Positions 48,601 to 60,300 of a stretch of DNA of 64,000 nucleotides are shown one piece after another (the first letter of the stretch is position 1; each line of letters starts with the position of its first letter). Under the pieces are notes generated by a model. It ran no database searches. It was not told where the DNA came from and saw only the letters and a list, made by a program, of their open reading frames with translations. The position numbers and the translations under genes were made by a program. The stretch comes from Podarcis tiliguerta (lineage: Eukaryota), in the NCBI GenBank assembly GCA_965153285.1, contig OZ229115.1. One strand, given 5' to 3'.

Positions 48601-51420
48601 GAATGGAAGTAACAGTGGGGGCTGCTGTCCAAGGTGCTGAAATGGATAGGCTTGCAAAATTCTTGCCGTGCTTGCTGTCTATGGTGCTGAAATAAGCTGC
48701 CAGGCAGCAATACTTATATTAAGTCACAAGTAAAATCAGCCTTTTTGTAGTTTAACAGGAATACTGAAACTAGATGAGCCCCCTTTCCTGACGGTGTAAG
48801 AAAGGAATTCCCACATCTCTGGATTTCTTCATTTGTAGCAAAGTAGGAATCCTAGTAGGTTGTTTCTAGGTAATGTTTCAATTACATGTGTCTTCAGAGG
48901 CTCTTAATTACCTGGAGTCCTTGATGCCCTTGACTTCAGAACTGTCCTACTTATGTTCTTTCCCTTCCTGCCATATCTGACTTACTGTGCACCATGGCTG
49001 ATGGCCAGGTAAGTGCACATGGGGGTCTTGGCCAGGGAGCTATTCTGTGGCACTTTTTTGCCCCTGGCTTGCCAGAGCTGTGTTTATTCTCTGTGTATGT
49101 GTGTGTACCTTGCAGGCACTCAAACGGAAACCTGACCTGTTCCTGTGTAGCAGCCTGGATGTCAAAGCAGTATTCCATTGTGGTGAGTAGGCAGGCCCCG
49201 TAAGACTAAGCTATCAAAAAATTGAACTCCCTTGATGCAGTTGGGAAAGCTGATTTAGCCAAATGAGGCAGTGTTTCTTAAAGGTTCAGATATATGAAAC
49301 AGCCTGAATGTTTGATGTAGAAACACCCCTCAAATCAGACCAGCTGAAGCTCCATGTAATGTCCTTGTTCTTGGAGAAGGGAAGGCTCCTTTCCTTCCCC
49401 ACTCCTGTGGAAAGCTTTGAATTGTGTTAGCTGAGTCCTGAAGTGTTGCTTTCCCTCTAGGTGTGATCTCCTTGAAGTTCCCTGAAGCACCAACTGTCAA
49501 AGCTGCCTGTGGCTTTTTTGTGAGTGTTTTGCTTTTGCTAGATCTACCATTGGCCAATGGTACAGGCAGAGTTGCGTTTGGGCCAAGTTTCTTGGAAGCA
49601 CTTGTGCTGGGACAGGATGGAGAAGCACCCAGAACTCGTGAGAGGGAGCCTCCTCCGAATTCCAGAAAGGAGCTTCTCCTTTCATAAGTTGCTATTGGGG
49701 CCTTTTTATTTTCTTTTGCAGTTGGGATTTTTTGTATGGAGGCATTTTCTCCTAACTGTATATGCCTCCACTTTGTTTGGACATGTATACAGGAATGTTC
49801 TCATCTCCCACATGGGACTGGAGATAGATGGCTATATATCTGAGTTCTAGCAATACAGTTTGCATCAACTCCTTCTCACTGTTTCTTACAGACTGAGTTA
49901 TTGCCACGTTGTGGGGAGATTCCACCGGTGGGACAAGTGGTACATGAGAATGGCAAAATGCTGCTGCAGGCTGTGCTTGAGGTAAGGAGTGGGGCTTTTC
50001 AAGCTAAGTCAGGGACAGTTAGAAGGAATAACTGGAAGGAGCCATGCTCACAGATAAGCTGCACTTATTCAAGTATGTTTTATTAATTCAGCTCCCTTCT
50101 AACCAGAATATCCCTGAATGATTTGCAGTCTGATCTAGTATTTCGTGTCTTACTTGGAAGCGTGTTCCACTAGGTTCAGTGGTGCTTACTCCCAAGCAAG
50201 TGTGCCACCTTGGCCACTTCCTTTTTAAAAACACTTCCTTGATGCAATCTGCTGGAGCCTTCTTAGGTTTGTAATGTAATGCTCCCTCCTGCAGTGCAGT
50301 CTCCTGGGAGGATTATTGTCTGGTGTTAACTGGATTTGCTCCATCTGCAGGGTGTAGGTGGCCAAGCCGCACGCAACTTGATGGATCACTTTGCTGAGAT
50401 CCTCTTTGCTCTCAACAAGCACTGCTTCAGTTACTTGAGTGTCTGGATCAAGGAAGTGATGCAGCAAGATGGTTTTCCATCAGCCCGTGTCAGCCCTGAA
50501 CAAAAGGAAATCTTCAGCCAGCAAATTCTCAGGTGAACTTTCTCTTGAAGACTTTTCTGGAAGACGTGAGTTGGGGAAGATGTGTGAGCGGGTTTCTTGG
50601 CTCTTCAGCTTTCTATCTGTGCCCCCAAATTGTCATGAGTGATCATGATAGATACTGAGCATTTCCCCAGGTTCAACAGTTCTCCCCAGAATCTTCTACA
50701 ATAAAGAGCTTGCTTATTTTTTTTTATTTTTTAGTTAATTAAGATGTTCAGAAAGGTTCAAGGTATTTATATAAAGTAGAGGTAAATAGAAAAGTGTAGC
50801 ACGGAAACTAAACATGAACTTGAGTTTTTATCCTTGTAGAGACATGCTACCTATCTTGGTGTTGCTTTGGTTTCTCCTTTAAGCCCCTGCTACTCCATGT
50901 AAACACCCATGAATTCACCAGCATTTAATAATTATTATAACAGGAACATAAGCAGAGCCTGCTGTATCGGGCCATTGGCCTGTTCTGGCAGGCTCTTCTT
51001 GTATTCTTATGGCTGGAAGAGCAGGATTCACTAGATTAATCCAGACACCGATGAACTGAGATGCACTGGTGAACGATAATTTGCAGAACAGGAACATGAG
51101 TTATTTGAAAGAGGATGTCTTAATGGAGGGCAGCAATGATTATAGTAGCTGTGCGGAGCACGTCTGCAGTGCCCAGCTCTCACTGCTGGGGATTCCATGG
51201 GTTTGGCACTGGGTGGTGCCCTTGTGTATGGGAACATCCGACTCAGCTCTAGCTGCATTTTTAAGTGACTCATTCACCATTCTTATATATCAGCCTTTCA
51301 TCGTTCTTTTTCTGTGTTAGCAGAGAGCGTGTGAACAAACGGCGTGTGAAGGAGATGGTAAAGGAGTTCACGCTGCTGTGCCGAGGACTGCATGGTACCG
51401 AATACACAGCAGACTACTGA
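13639..51420 (+). CDS. IPO13: Importin-13, 20 coding exons, 960 aa
   Basis: Exons splice in frame (2883 nt) via GT-AG introns; MERR...[10 protein letters not shown]|[21 protein letters not shown]...[14 protein letters not shown] matches importin-13. Confidence 0.98.
18315..18526 (+). mobile_element. tRNA-derived squamate SINE with L2-like tail
   Basis: A/B-box-like head, ctacctcacagggttg core, ends in tataaatgaaattaataaa; reverse copy near 56235-56420. Confidence 0.6.
18977..19522 (-). mobile_element. CR1 LINE 3' fragment (ORF2 C-terminus and 3' UTR)
   Basis: ORF 19140..19337 encodes IFKYLKGCH...LFS...RTQTNGF...[15 protein letters not shown], typical of the CR1 ORF2 end, followed by a CR1 tail. 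Confidence 0.9.
22346..22596. mobile_element. Non-autonomous hAT element
   Basis: TIRs caggggtcagcaa / ttgcctaccccag; perfect 8-bp TSD atctggag. Confidence 0.85.
25201..25446. mobile_element. Tc1/mariner (Tigger-like) MITE
   Basis: TA|cagtcatacctc ... gaggtaccactg|TA. Confidence 0.8.
25772..26508 (+). CDS. IPO13: IPO13 exon 2
   Basis: [10 protein letters not shown]...SQPDAQR; ag/gt boundaries. Confidence 0.97.
26823..26910. repeat. Short imperfect tandem duplication (~45-bp unit x2)
   Basis: ccaataaaaacagaattacc...ctgaaattaagctaaaac repeated directly. Confidence 0.7.
29545..29710 (-). mobile_element. CR1 3' end fragment
   Basis: catagaatcatacaagtgtagagttagaagg...ccaagggagtctgtt, similar to 18977-19140. 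Confidence 0.75.
31637..31980 (+). mobile_element. tRNA-derived squamate SINE interrupted by an AT-rich insertion
   Basis: Head gggccatatctcagtggcagagcat resumes at aaggtcccaggttcaatccc and ends ggcagtttcctatgttcct; reverse copy at ~48120-48312. Confidence 0.65.
32100..33590 (-). mobile_element. Decayed L2-type LINE fragment with a nested MITE (~33050-33185)
   Basis: L2-like 3' sequence on the minus strand; no intact ORF; boundaries approximate. Confidence 0.5.
33608..33673. repeat. (TAA)n microsatellite grading into (CAT)n/(CAC)n
   Basis: About 15 TAA units seen directly. Confidence 0.95.
34683..34823 (+). CDS. IPO13: IPO13 exon 3
   Basis: [10 protein letters not shown]...ALGENHSR; ag/gt boundaries. 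Confidence 0.95.
35011..35146. mobile_element. Palindromic hAT MITE (actacaactccc family)
   Basis: Fold-back with ggactacagttcccatcatccc / gggataatgggagttgtagtcc core. Confidence 0.8.
35272..35413 (+). CDS. IPO13: IPO13 exon 4
   Basis: [10 protein letters not shown]...FWYTLQ. Confidence 0.95.
37387..37553 (+). CDS. IPO13: IPO13 exon 5
   Basis: DDILSF...EQFRIYR. Confidence 0.95.
37784..37904 (+). CDS. IPO13: IPO13 exon 6
   Basis: [15 protein letters not shown]...SSWQ. Confidence 0.95.
39685..39832 (+). CDS. IPO13: IPO13 exon 7
   Basis: [10 protein letters not shown]...VMFTIG. Confidence 0.95.
40519..40700 (+). CDS. IPO13: IPO13 exon 8
   Basis: [10 protein letters not shown]...IVAVSQ. Confidence 0.95.
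41682..41708 (+). CDS. IPO13: IPO13 exon 9 (27-nt microexon)
   Basis: ttctatag|DVLMKQIHK|gtaaga. Confidence 0.92.
42277..42411 (+). CDS. IPO13: IPO13 exon 10
   Basis: TSQCMWLMQ...KLADET. Confidence 0.95.
42770..42913 (+). CDS. IPO13: IPO13 exon 11
   Basis: [10 protein letters not shown]...QGPNP. Confidence 0.95.
43451..43531 (+). CDS. IPO13: IPO13 exon 12
   Basis: [10 protein letters not shown]...DAQVVE. Confidence 0.95.
43905..44042 (+). CDS. IPO13: IPO13 exon 13
   Basis: [10 protein letters not shown]...DLTRQ. Confidence 0.95.
44426..44522 (+). CDS. IPO13: IPO13 exon 14
   Basis: LVHIFAHEP...TLFQQG. Confidence 0.95.
46017..46069 (+). CDS. IPO13: IPO13 exon 15
   Basis: [18 protein letters not shown]; ttttag/gtgtgt boundaries. 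Confidence 0.93.
47267..47466. other. Assembly gap (200 N) in IPO13 intron 15
   Basis: Run of n; the IPO13 CDS is complete across it. Confidence 1.
49116..49182 (+). CDS. IPO13: IPO13 exon 16
   Basis: [10 protein letters not shown]...AVFHCG. Confidence 0.95.
49461..49519 (+). CDS. IPO13: IPO13 exon 17
   Basis: [19 protein letters not shown]. Confidence 0.95.
49892..49981 (+). CDS. IPO13: IPO13 exon 18
   Basis: TELLPRCGE...QAVLE. Confidence 0.95.
50351..50532 (+). CDS. IPO13: IPO13 exon 19
   Basis: [10 protein letters not shown]...SQQILR. Confidence 0.95.
51324..51420 (+). CDS. IPO13: IPO13 exon 20 (last coding exon)
   Basis: [31 protein letters not shown]; TAGCAG tandem acceptor. Confidence 0.95.
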
Positions 51421-51921
51421 GGGGCCATGTAGCAAAACAGGAGCATGAACAGATCTGCTGGCTACCTGCCACTGCCAACGCTGCTATTGAACCAGCTCAT
51501 AGGACGATAACTGCAACTAACCTGCTGAGGCTGCTCCTCTCAAGAATGAGCTGTTTGTCCATCCCTCCTGCATGTTCAGAGGCAGCAGGCTACAAGGACT
51601 TGGAGCACAGGCTGGAGCTGAGGAGATTTCCTCCCCCTGCTAGACTGGTGCAATGATTGCCCCTTGTTTTCCCAGCACACTCCTGTAGACATATCTGTGG
51701 TATTGTCTGTTCCTAAAGAGTCTGCCTTTGCCCTGCATGAGGCAGCTTGTGTCTGACTGAAGTGGAAGGCCCTGCAGCCTTGAATTATATTAAGGCTATT
51801 TCTAAGCTGTGGTGTTTGGTGAATTGGGGGAAGAGACGTAACTTCTGGACAATATTGGGCAGGGAGGGTAAAAAGCTGTAGCAGCTGCAGTTGCACTTAT
51901 AGCTGCCCTAGCCTAACGGGT

Positions 51922-51927
51922 AATAAA
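51922..51927 (+). terminator. Candidate proximal polyadenylation signal of IPO13
   Basis: First AATAAA ~500 nt after the stop codon; another near 52763. Confidence 0.45.
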
Positions 51928-54298
51928 GAAGAGTATGATGTCGTTTTGGACAAAGAAGAAATCCAAATTCTGCAACAAAGTATTGGAAAGAATCAAAGTT
52001 AGCTTCTCAGAAGGAAGCATACCTGCCAGCCTTTGCATTTCTTGGTGTGCTGGCAAAGTTGCGTAACCAGTTCAAATTTTCTTTTTGCAGTCAACAATCT
52101 ATAGGAGCATCCCGTGGAAGGCATATTATCATACTAGCCTGTAATATGAATGATAGTTTCTAGGTTCATTTAAAAGGGTTGCAGCCACCTTTACGCGCTC
52201 TGATGAAAAATATCCCTGGTTGCTTCTACAGCTGAAGATCAAGATGTGACAATGGATCTGAGGGTGTGCTACTGTTTATGGTGGAAGGATGGAAGAGGAG
52301 CAAATAATTTTCATATGGGGGACTGTTGGTATTGCAGGTTTGGAGACTAACCAGGTTGAGCAAATGTGCAATTCAGAATGACTCCAGGGCCAGTTTCAGT
52401 CTTACCTCCCCATACAACAAGTAGGTTCCTAACTTGGGACTTGCTGTAATGTTTCCTAACCCTCGGTAGTGAAACTCAGTTTACATAAGAGCAGGTTGAG
52501 ATGGCTTGAACCTTAGTCAATCCTTTCTATTTAACAAGAGCTTACCAAAGTAACTGTTGAACCATCTAAATAACAATAGCAGATACCAGTGTGGTAAGTA
52601 CTGAAGCAGAAGTTCTCAAACACATTTGCAGGCTCCATTGAGGTGGTTTGTGGGGTGGTCAAAAGTATCTGTACTTGGCCCTGCACTTTATATTTTCTGA
52701 TGATGGAGATGGACTTCACAGAACGTTGCTCACAAAAAAACAGGCATATCCATCGCATTAGAAATAAAAGACTGTAGTTATTTAGAGTATGAGTTATAAA
52801 ACAAAAAAGTAGCTGGCTGAGCCCTGCACCATCCACAGCATTTTCCAAGTGGTCCATGAAAAAATGGTTTGAGAACTGCTGTACTAGAGGTTTATGTAGA
52901 CATCAGCTGGAGCTTCTGCATTTCCAAGGCAAAACATGTTCTTGGGGAAGAATATGCTTATGGGACAACAGAAACTGAAACAAAATCAGGCATCTTAAGT
53001 AAATGCAAAAAGTAGCATACTGACAATGCACTGTTCTAGGTCAAGTCTTGAAAAGTGAATAGGGTATACCGTATTTTTTTCCAAGTAAGGGTTGTTCCAG
53101 TTCAGGCAGATGAAGTACTCTGAATCTGGAAACAAGATAAGCATTTTATGTAATCCTGGCTTGTTAAGTAACTGCTTTCACTGGTTAAAAAAGTCAAATT
53201 ACATCAGAAACCTTCACATCAAATGTGGACTTAATGTTTAACTAATCAGTGCAACCAAGTAGTTTATGTGTTTTGATCAGAAATTGGAGTAGTGATCTGT
53301 AATTAAGTAATCTATAAGATGGCTTGGTGGCATATCTTGAATAGCTGTGAAACCTTCACATTGCACATGGAAAGAACAAAGTACAGTTGGCTGTATTAGG
53401 GAAAAAGCAGTACTCCGGTATTTCTATAGCAGTGGCCATGATTACACCCCGGTAAAGAGAAGTATCTACATTAATGCACAAAATAAGCAGTACTTGGCAG
53501 AGAATGTGCCTTCTAGGTTTGGGCATGTGGTACATTGCTGCACCTTCTCTCTTTCCACTGATTTCAGTGTTTCTGTCTGGTGTTCTTTGCACTGAAACAT
53601 TCCTTTAAAAAGTAGCATTTTGAGGCTGTGTGCTATACCTTTCAGTTATTTATTTGAAGCTCTTACTTCCATGCTGCTTATCTAAGCACTCCACACTTTG
53701 CCTTATTAGGAAAGGTATTGATCACTGGTGTGGTCATGGGCTGCTACAGGGCTTAGCATATGATGTTGCTGCTTTCCGGAACTGATACCTATGCAACTGC
53801 TGTCCAGGACCTTGACTGATGAGCTTGCATTGCACATGTCTTCATAGGTGGTATAAGTAGAATAGAAGGTACAAGCAAGAGACTGTAAGAGGCCATGGAA
53901 CTGAATCTTACTTTGCAGCATGGAGCAAAAAGCAACATAATCATTACTAGCTTGTGCAAAAGACTGCCTGTTATACCTTTCTTGTGGTGTTGAATGGAAT
54001 GTGGAGGTGATGTTCTGAAAATAGTGTTCAGAGGAAACAAACTTACGGAGATTAGGAACAGTGCTCATGTCTAAACATGGCTTCTCCACAGTTATGCTGC
54101 ATTTTGTAGTATGGCTTATGGAGTTGCATACTTCCTTGGTTATTCAGTATTCTTGTTTGCCCCACTCCTGTCTATCTTAGCCTTTCTGTCTATAACTCTT
54201 AAGCTATTGCTATGCGGTGGTCTCTTTCTTCACTTTTTGGACCATGTGTGAAGGGTAGAGGTGTGTGACTTCTCTACATTGTGGGTGGCCGTGTAAAA

Positions 54299-54429
54299 CA
54301 GGGATAGCCAATGTGGTGCCCTCCTAATTATGATGGGCTACCATTACATCTAACTAATAGCCATGCTGGCTGGGGCTTGTGGGAATTGTAGTTCAACAAC
54401 ATCTGAAGGGCCAATGGTTAGCCACCCTG
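54299..54429. mobile_element. Degenerate palindromic hAT MITE (actacaactccc family)
   Basis: cagggatagcc...agccaccctg with perfect TSD gtgtaaaa. Confidence 0.75.
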
Positions 54430-55408
54430 GTGTAAAATAACTCACCTGGCTGCTTCTAGGGCCTTGGCCTGCTACAGGATGCCCCTCTCACTTCAGCAAA
54501 CTATTATAACAGCAGCAGAAGGTGAGCAGGAGCACCAGGAAAGCAGCTATGACATGGTATAAGCAGTGTTATAAACAGAAATATGAAAGCTTGGAGCTAA
54601 ATGGCACCTTAAACTTAGGGTATGGGCGCAACAACGGAATGTCTAGGCACACTTTTTTGTAACAAGATTGCAAAGCTGAAAATGAATGAACTGCAGCTAA
54701 AATATTATGTTCATTTTTCACATGGTCTATCTTCTACTGCTCACCCCACTAATATTCTTGAGGGTCTCTTCTCCAGTCTTCAGAGAGTAGCTGGAAGTGG
54801 AAAGGTAGAAAAAGGTCCTTTCCTTCCACTCTGCAGTTTTAATCTGAAATCTTAGGCACAGTACTGCACCCAGAGCTCAGAAGCTACTTGCGCTAATGGA
54901 ATTGCCTGTCGCAAAATGTGCCTAGAACAATGGGAATTTTGAACACTGGCTATAAGCTAGTCTTACTTCTCTGTACTACCCTGTGCTATTTTATGCTGTG
55001 CTCATTTCTGGAGGTTCCCATTCTACCAGTTACTATCTCTCCTTCTCCCACTCCCATGACTTTTCTTTTTTGCTGGTATGTATCACAAGCCCCCACCCCA
55101 GGGATCATACATACGCAGCCAGATACTAAGAGCGTTGGCCAGATGGGCTGCAATGTGCATAGCATACAGTGGCCCTCCTATTATCTGATAAACAATTATG
55201 ACGTTGATTTGGGTGTACTAATGCTTCAGAAAAGTTGCCCAAATAAGGAGAAAGGAAGGATGCCAATGGATTTAAAATAGAACTTTATTTGGCATAGCAA
55301 GGTCTACAAGTAGAGTTTAAAAATGGTTTTTTTATTGGCAAATTATTCAAAGTCTTAAAAATGTTACTAGCTTTAACTGAAGTAGGTTATTGACTTAAGG
55401 GATGTATA

Positions 55409-55639
55409 CAGTGGTACCTCGCAAGACGAAAGAGTTTTTCGTTTTCTGAGTTGCTTCACAAGACGGATTTCCCTATGGGCTTGCTTCGCAAGACGAAACG
55501 TCTTGCGCCTTTTTTTTTAAACCACCAATGCATTCCTATGGGAAACCGTCAATACACAGTGGTGCTTCGCAAGATGAAAAAATTCACAAGACGAAAAAAC
55601 TCGCAGAATGAATTAATTTCGTCTTGCGAGGCACCACTG
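55409..55639. mobile_element. Tc1/mariner (Tigger-like) MITE
   Basis: TA|cagtggtacctcgcaagacgaa ... ttcgtcttgcgaggcaccactg|TA, with internal repeats of gcttcgcaagacg. Confidence 0.88.
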
Positions 55640-57221
55640 TATATCCCTTACTTGGTACATCTTGTACCTTGTGCTCAATGCTGTTTTGATTCCTGATTGG
55701 ATGGCAGATGTTTACACAACACAGTGCCAGCTGTGTTATATTTTTCTTCTCTATTAGGATATGGAATGATGTTTCTCCTTTCTATTTGATAGGCAGTGTC
55801 ATATAGTCATGTTCAACAGAAATAACTTTGAGCGTTATATTGGATGGTACACATCTAAGGATGTCAGTGACTTATGCTTGTGGGTCGGAAATGACAAGTG
55901 GATAAACATATGTTATCCTGCTACTGGGAGGAAAGATGCTAGTACAAAACTCTTTCTCCAACGCAGATCAACAGCCACCGCTTTCTTCATTCTGTGCTTT
56001 TAAACTCCAAAGTGCTGCAAAATATGTAACCTCCAGCTGAGCAGACAATGCATATTTTGTAGGACTAGTAACTGTATGGAGAACTATTGGGCTCCATTTC
56101 TACCTGTTTCTATAGGATGCCATTGCCTGTCATGTTCTTGTGTGCTTCCCATAGGTGTAGGTACGTGGTTGCCCACTGTGGGAAACAGGATCCTAGGCAA
56201 GATGGGCCTTTGGTTTAATGCAGCAAGGCTGTTCTTATTTATTTACTACATTTGTATCCTGCCTTTCCTCCAAAGAGATATCAAGGAGATATATATACTT
56301 CTCCCCATTTTACCTTCAACCCACCTTACAGGGTTGTAGTGAGTTGAGTGGCCCAAGATCACCCAGTGAGCTTCATGGCTGAGTGGGCATATGAACCCTG
56401 GTCTCCAAAGTCCTGTTCAGCACTACCCACTACACTGGCTCTTTATCATAGGATTCTTATACCCCAGCTATTCAAAGCCTGGTTCTTGTTCTGAGTCCTA
56501 AAATTCAATTCCTCATGCTATCAGCAAATCTAACTCTTCGAGGATACAAAATCCTAGCCTCAATAGGAAAACTTTTCCTGACTTCTAGTTATACCTTTAA
56601 CACTGGACGGTGTGGATTAGATCAGGGTTCAACCAGAGTATAGAAACCTGCCCTCCTTCCTCAATCACACTCTTACCTGCTTTTCCCATGTATGAGAATA
56701 CGGCAGAGGTTGAGCCTGGGCATGTAGGGGCACGATTGGCTTCCAAGAGTGCCCTAAGTTATAGCTAACTATAACTTCAACTTCCCAGTGGAAGCTGGAT
56801 AAATGGAGATCTGTGGTATAATTCCACATGTGAATTAAGCTGCAATGCTACACATCCCTGTTCCCCCAACAGAACCCCAAATCTACTGTGCTGCCACTCT
56901 TAGCCCAGGGCTGCTTTATGTGCACAGATAAACACCAGCACAATTGAGAGCACAGTGAGAAGAATAGGTTTACTTAACTTCTTAACATAAAAAACACCAT
57001 TTGGCAGAACTACTGTATTGTAGACGTCAGCCAGTTAAAATGTTGATCTGTCCATCCACCAAGAGGAATGTCCAGGCCTGGGAAAGTGATATTCCTTGCC
57101 TTATACATGTGTCTAGTTGTGGGTAGGAGGGAGAAGGTTGTGATAAAAACCATGTTTGGTTATCTCATCTAGATGCAGAAAGGGAAGGCAACTTTTTCTC
57201 AGCATGGCCCGGCTGGAACTG

Positions 57222-57346
57222 TCATCCAGAAGGCTCATCTTCATATGCAATGGCAATCCCCCGTCGTCCAGCCACGGCTTTTGTGACTGCTGACTGCCCC
57301 AGCTGCTGCTCCAGCCCCCGCCAGCTTCGTGACTCCAAAAATGAGG
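57222..57346 (-). CDS. DPH2: DPH2 coding exon 6 (last)
   Basis: [17 protein letters not shown]...[15 protein letters not shown]. Confidence 0.93.
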
Positions 57347-60300
57347 CTAAGACAAAAAAGCAAACAAAACAGAAGAGCAATGATCATGGCATAAATGATT
57401 TCCCCAAGCTGAATTCCAGACACCACTCTAGAAGAGAACAGAGCTTACAGTATATTCAAGATTATGGATGAAAGAGCCCATGGGGCCCACTGCCCCACTC
57501 ATTACTGCAACTGTAAATGGAGGAAGGTGACTAGGCTGCTAATTGCTATTCTGACACTAGCATAAATCTTTGAAACATTCACCACATAACAGACATCAAA
57601 ACAGCCATTTTCATCTCCCAAGAACAACCATTAGTCACAAGAAAGGTCCTAACAGATGAGATTTGCCACCATTTGTGTGTACCGTTAACATAATCTGTTC
57701 CCGACCCCTCGGACACATACCTGCTGGGCTACTCTCAGCCATATGCATATGGCTGCGGCAGGTCACAGAAGTGCCAGAGTTTGGCTCTGGGTCTGGTGCT
57801 GTATAAAGACAAGTTGAGCGTAGCTCGCCGGTGATGAGTGAAATGCTGGGTTCACTGTCAGCCTCTGAAACCTTGTCTGGGAAAGGGGTGTGCGCACATG
57901 CTCCTGCAGGCAACAGCAAGGGAAAGAGTAACAGCTAAGCTTGGCCCATCCAGAATCATGCCCTGCTTTTACCCCCCTAAGGATGATCAAGATGTGCAGA
58001 ATTAGCACATGGAAAAACAGCAGTGGGTGGGGTTGGCATTGCTCGCCTGGCTTCCCCACTTGATAAGAGCATAGCTACTCTGATGCTTCCTTTCCTCCAC
58101 CTACAGCACACTGAGCTCCCCACTGCCTTGCCCTTCATTGACCACCATTTCATATGGCAAATGTGGAGAGGACTATGGGAGGTAAGCATAGCCCAATTAT
58201 ATCTGCTTGCACAATGGAACTTCCCCACTTCCTCCTTTCCCAAATCAGCTCTGAAGGGTTAGGGGAACCCCTAGAATAGATTCAGGGCAAGAGGAGGGGG
58301 GAGTTTCATTGTGCAAGTGAAAGTCTTTGCACTGACAGGACATGCTACTATTTTGGATACAACCCTATGTATTTGAATTATCCCCAATGTAGAAATTGTT
58401 CCCTGCCGCTGGTCTGTCTTTGTGTGGGTGTAGGGAACTTTATGGTCATTGCTGCCGCAGCAGACTATGCCTTCAGGGCAGGCCCAAGAGCATTGGTAGA
58501 GCTGTGCAGCTTTTATGAGTCTGAAATTGCAATTCATCATGAGACTCAAGTTATCATTATAATAAAGCAACTTTCAAACCCTTATGCCTGCAGAGAGAAT
58601 TTTGGAAGTGTGTGACCAAACATAATTTCCAGAGTCTGGTGTGAAAGGAGCTCACTGCTTGTTGCCTCTACTCATTTCTCCAGTTAGGAAGCCTAGTATT
58701 ACCTGGTAGGAGGTGACGGAAATCTGTGACATAGCTGCCTGTCCAGGTCCGTGCTGGATTGCATGCCATCTCCAGCTCGTAGGGTGTGACCACAGGCCGG
58801 TAGAAGTCAGCTGAATCAAGCAAAGAGTTCTGTGGGCAGGCTACCAACACAAAAATGTCCACCTCTAGAAAGTTTGCCAGCTTTGCAGGGTTGGGTTTAC
58901 CCACAGCCAAGGTATAGGCCCGTTTGCCTGCCCGCTGAATGATGCCACGCAGATGCTCCAGAACAGACAAGTAGTCTGCCACACCAAGAGTGCCCACCAC
59001 AATGCCCACTACTTGGGCATCCCGTGCCCGCTCCACTAGATAGAGGCGTCGCCTCAGGGCCCGGTTCACATCCAATGTTTCCCGTCGGCCTTGTCCTGTC
59101 TGAGGATTAAAGGAGCTGAAGGGACACCGGTTCCAGCTCAGCATGAAGTTTGTGAGTTCTGGGCCTTCACAACCCACGTAGAACATGGCATAGTTGTCAA
59201 GACCATGCTGACTGTCCACTACAAAGTGTCGCCCAAATTTCTTCACCAGCCCGGGAACTGGCTGAAGTTCCTTGTTATCCAGTTGAGAGAAAACTACATT
59301 GGGATAAATGGGGTGCAGCAGAGCAGCCAGGTTATCTGAGGGGAAGAGAAATGAAAAGTCATTCAGTTTAGAGACAATAACTGTCACATACGCCTCACTG
59401 TTCCAAATACTCGGCAGGCCTCTTCCATGGACAGGGAAGGGCCCTTGTGCTAGACACTAGGTTTAAAGCTGTGATGGGGAACTCCTATCAGCCTCATGCA
59501 GCATACCCAGTGGTCAGGGATTATGAGAGTTCTAGTCCAACAACATCTGGAGAGCAATAGGTTCCCCATCCCTGATTTAAAGGATGTAAACAGAGGGGAG
59601 TTAACTGAAAGCGAATATTACAAGGAAAGATTACTTCTGTGGTCCTTTAAAAGAGAACAACCCCTCCAGCCACCAAATCAGAAATATAAATTGGAACATT
59701 CACAGGAGTATTGTTTTGAATTTTCTCACTTTCATAGAATCATAGACCTTATAAAAGCCTCTTTGGCAGGTATCTGTGCATTAACTGACCACATTCCTAG
59801 TTCATTCAAACTACAAAGGAGTAAACACTGATTAATTTATGTGGTTTTGCATTTGAACATTAGCATGCATGTCTATTAGCTTTGCTCTGAAGAATGTTAT
59901 TGTTGAGGAAACTGCAAACTAGTATCCTAGTGGCAAATGAGGTGGGGAGCACGGAGAGAAATAGGCATTTCCTGGTTAATCCAGCCCTGAGGATAGTAGA
60001 GAGGGTTAAAAGCTGGGACTGAGTAACATTGGAAGGCAGATAACACATAAAGGGCAGGACTGGCAAGGAGAGCACTGTTTGAGGTTAGAGGATGCCCACT
60101 GTAGCTTTTTCCCATCCTGGCCTGATGTATCTCTTGAATACCACCCACCACCCACATTGTGATCCCCATGGTCTCACCAAGAGAATGAAAATAGGCCACT
60201 TCACTCAGCACAACCACATGAGCTAGAGGGTCTGGATGCAACTCCCGGAAGACTTCTGTGCAGCGCGCCACGTCTAGTTGTTTGTGGCCAAACACATGGA

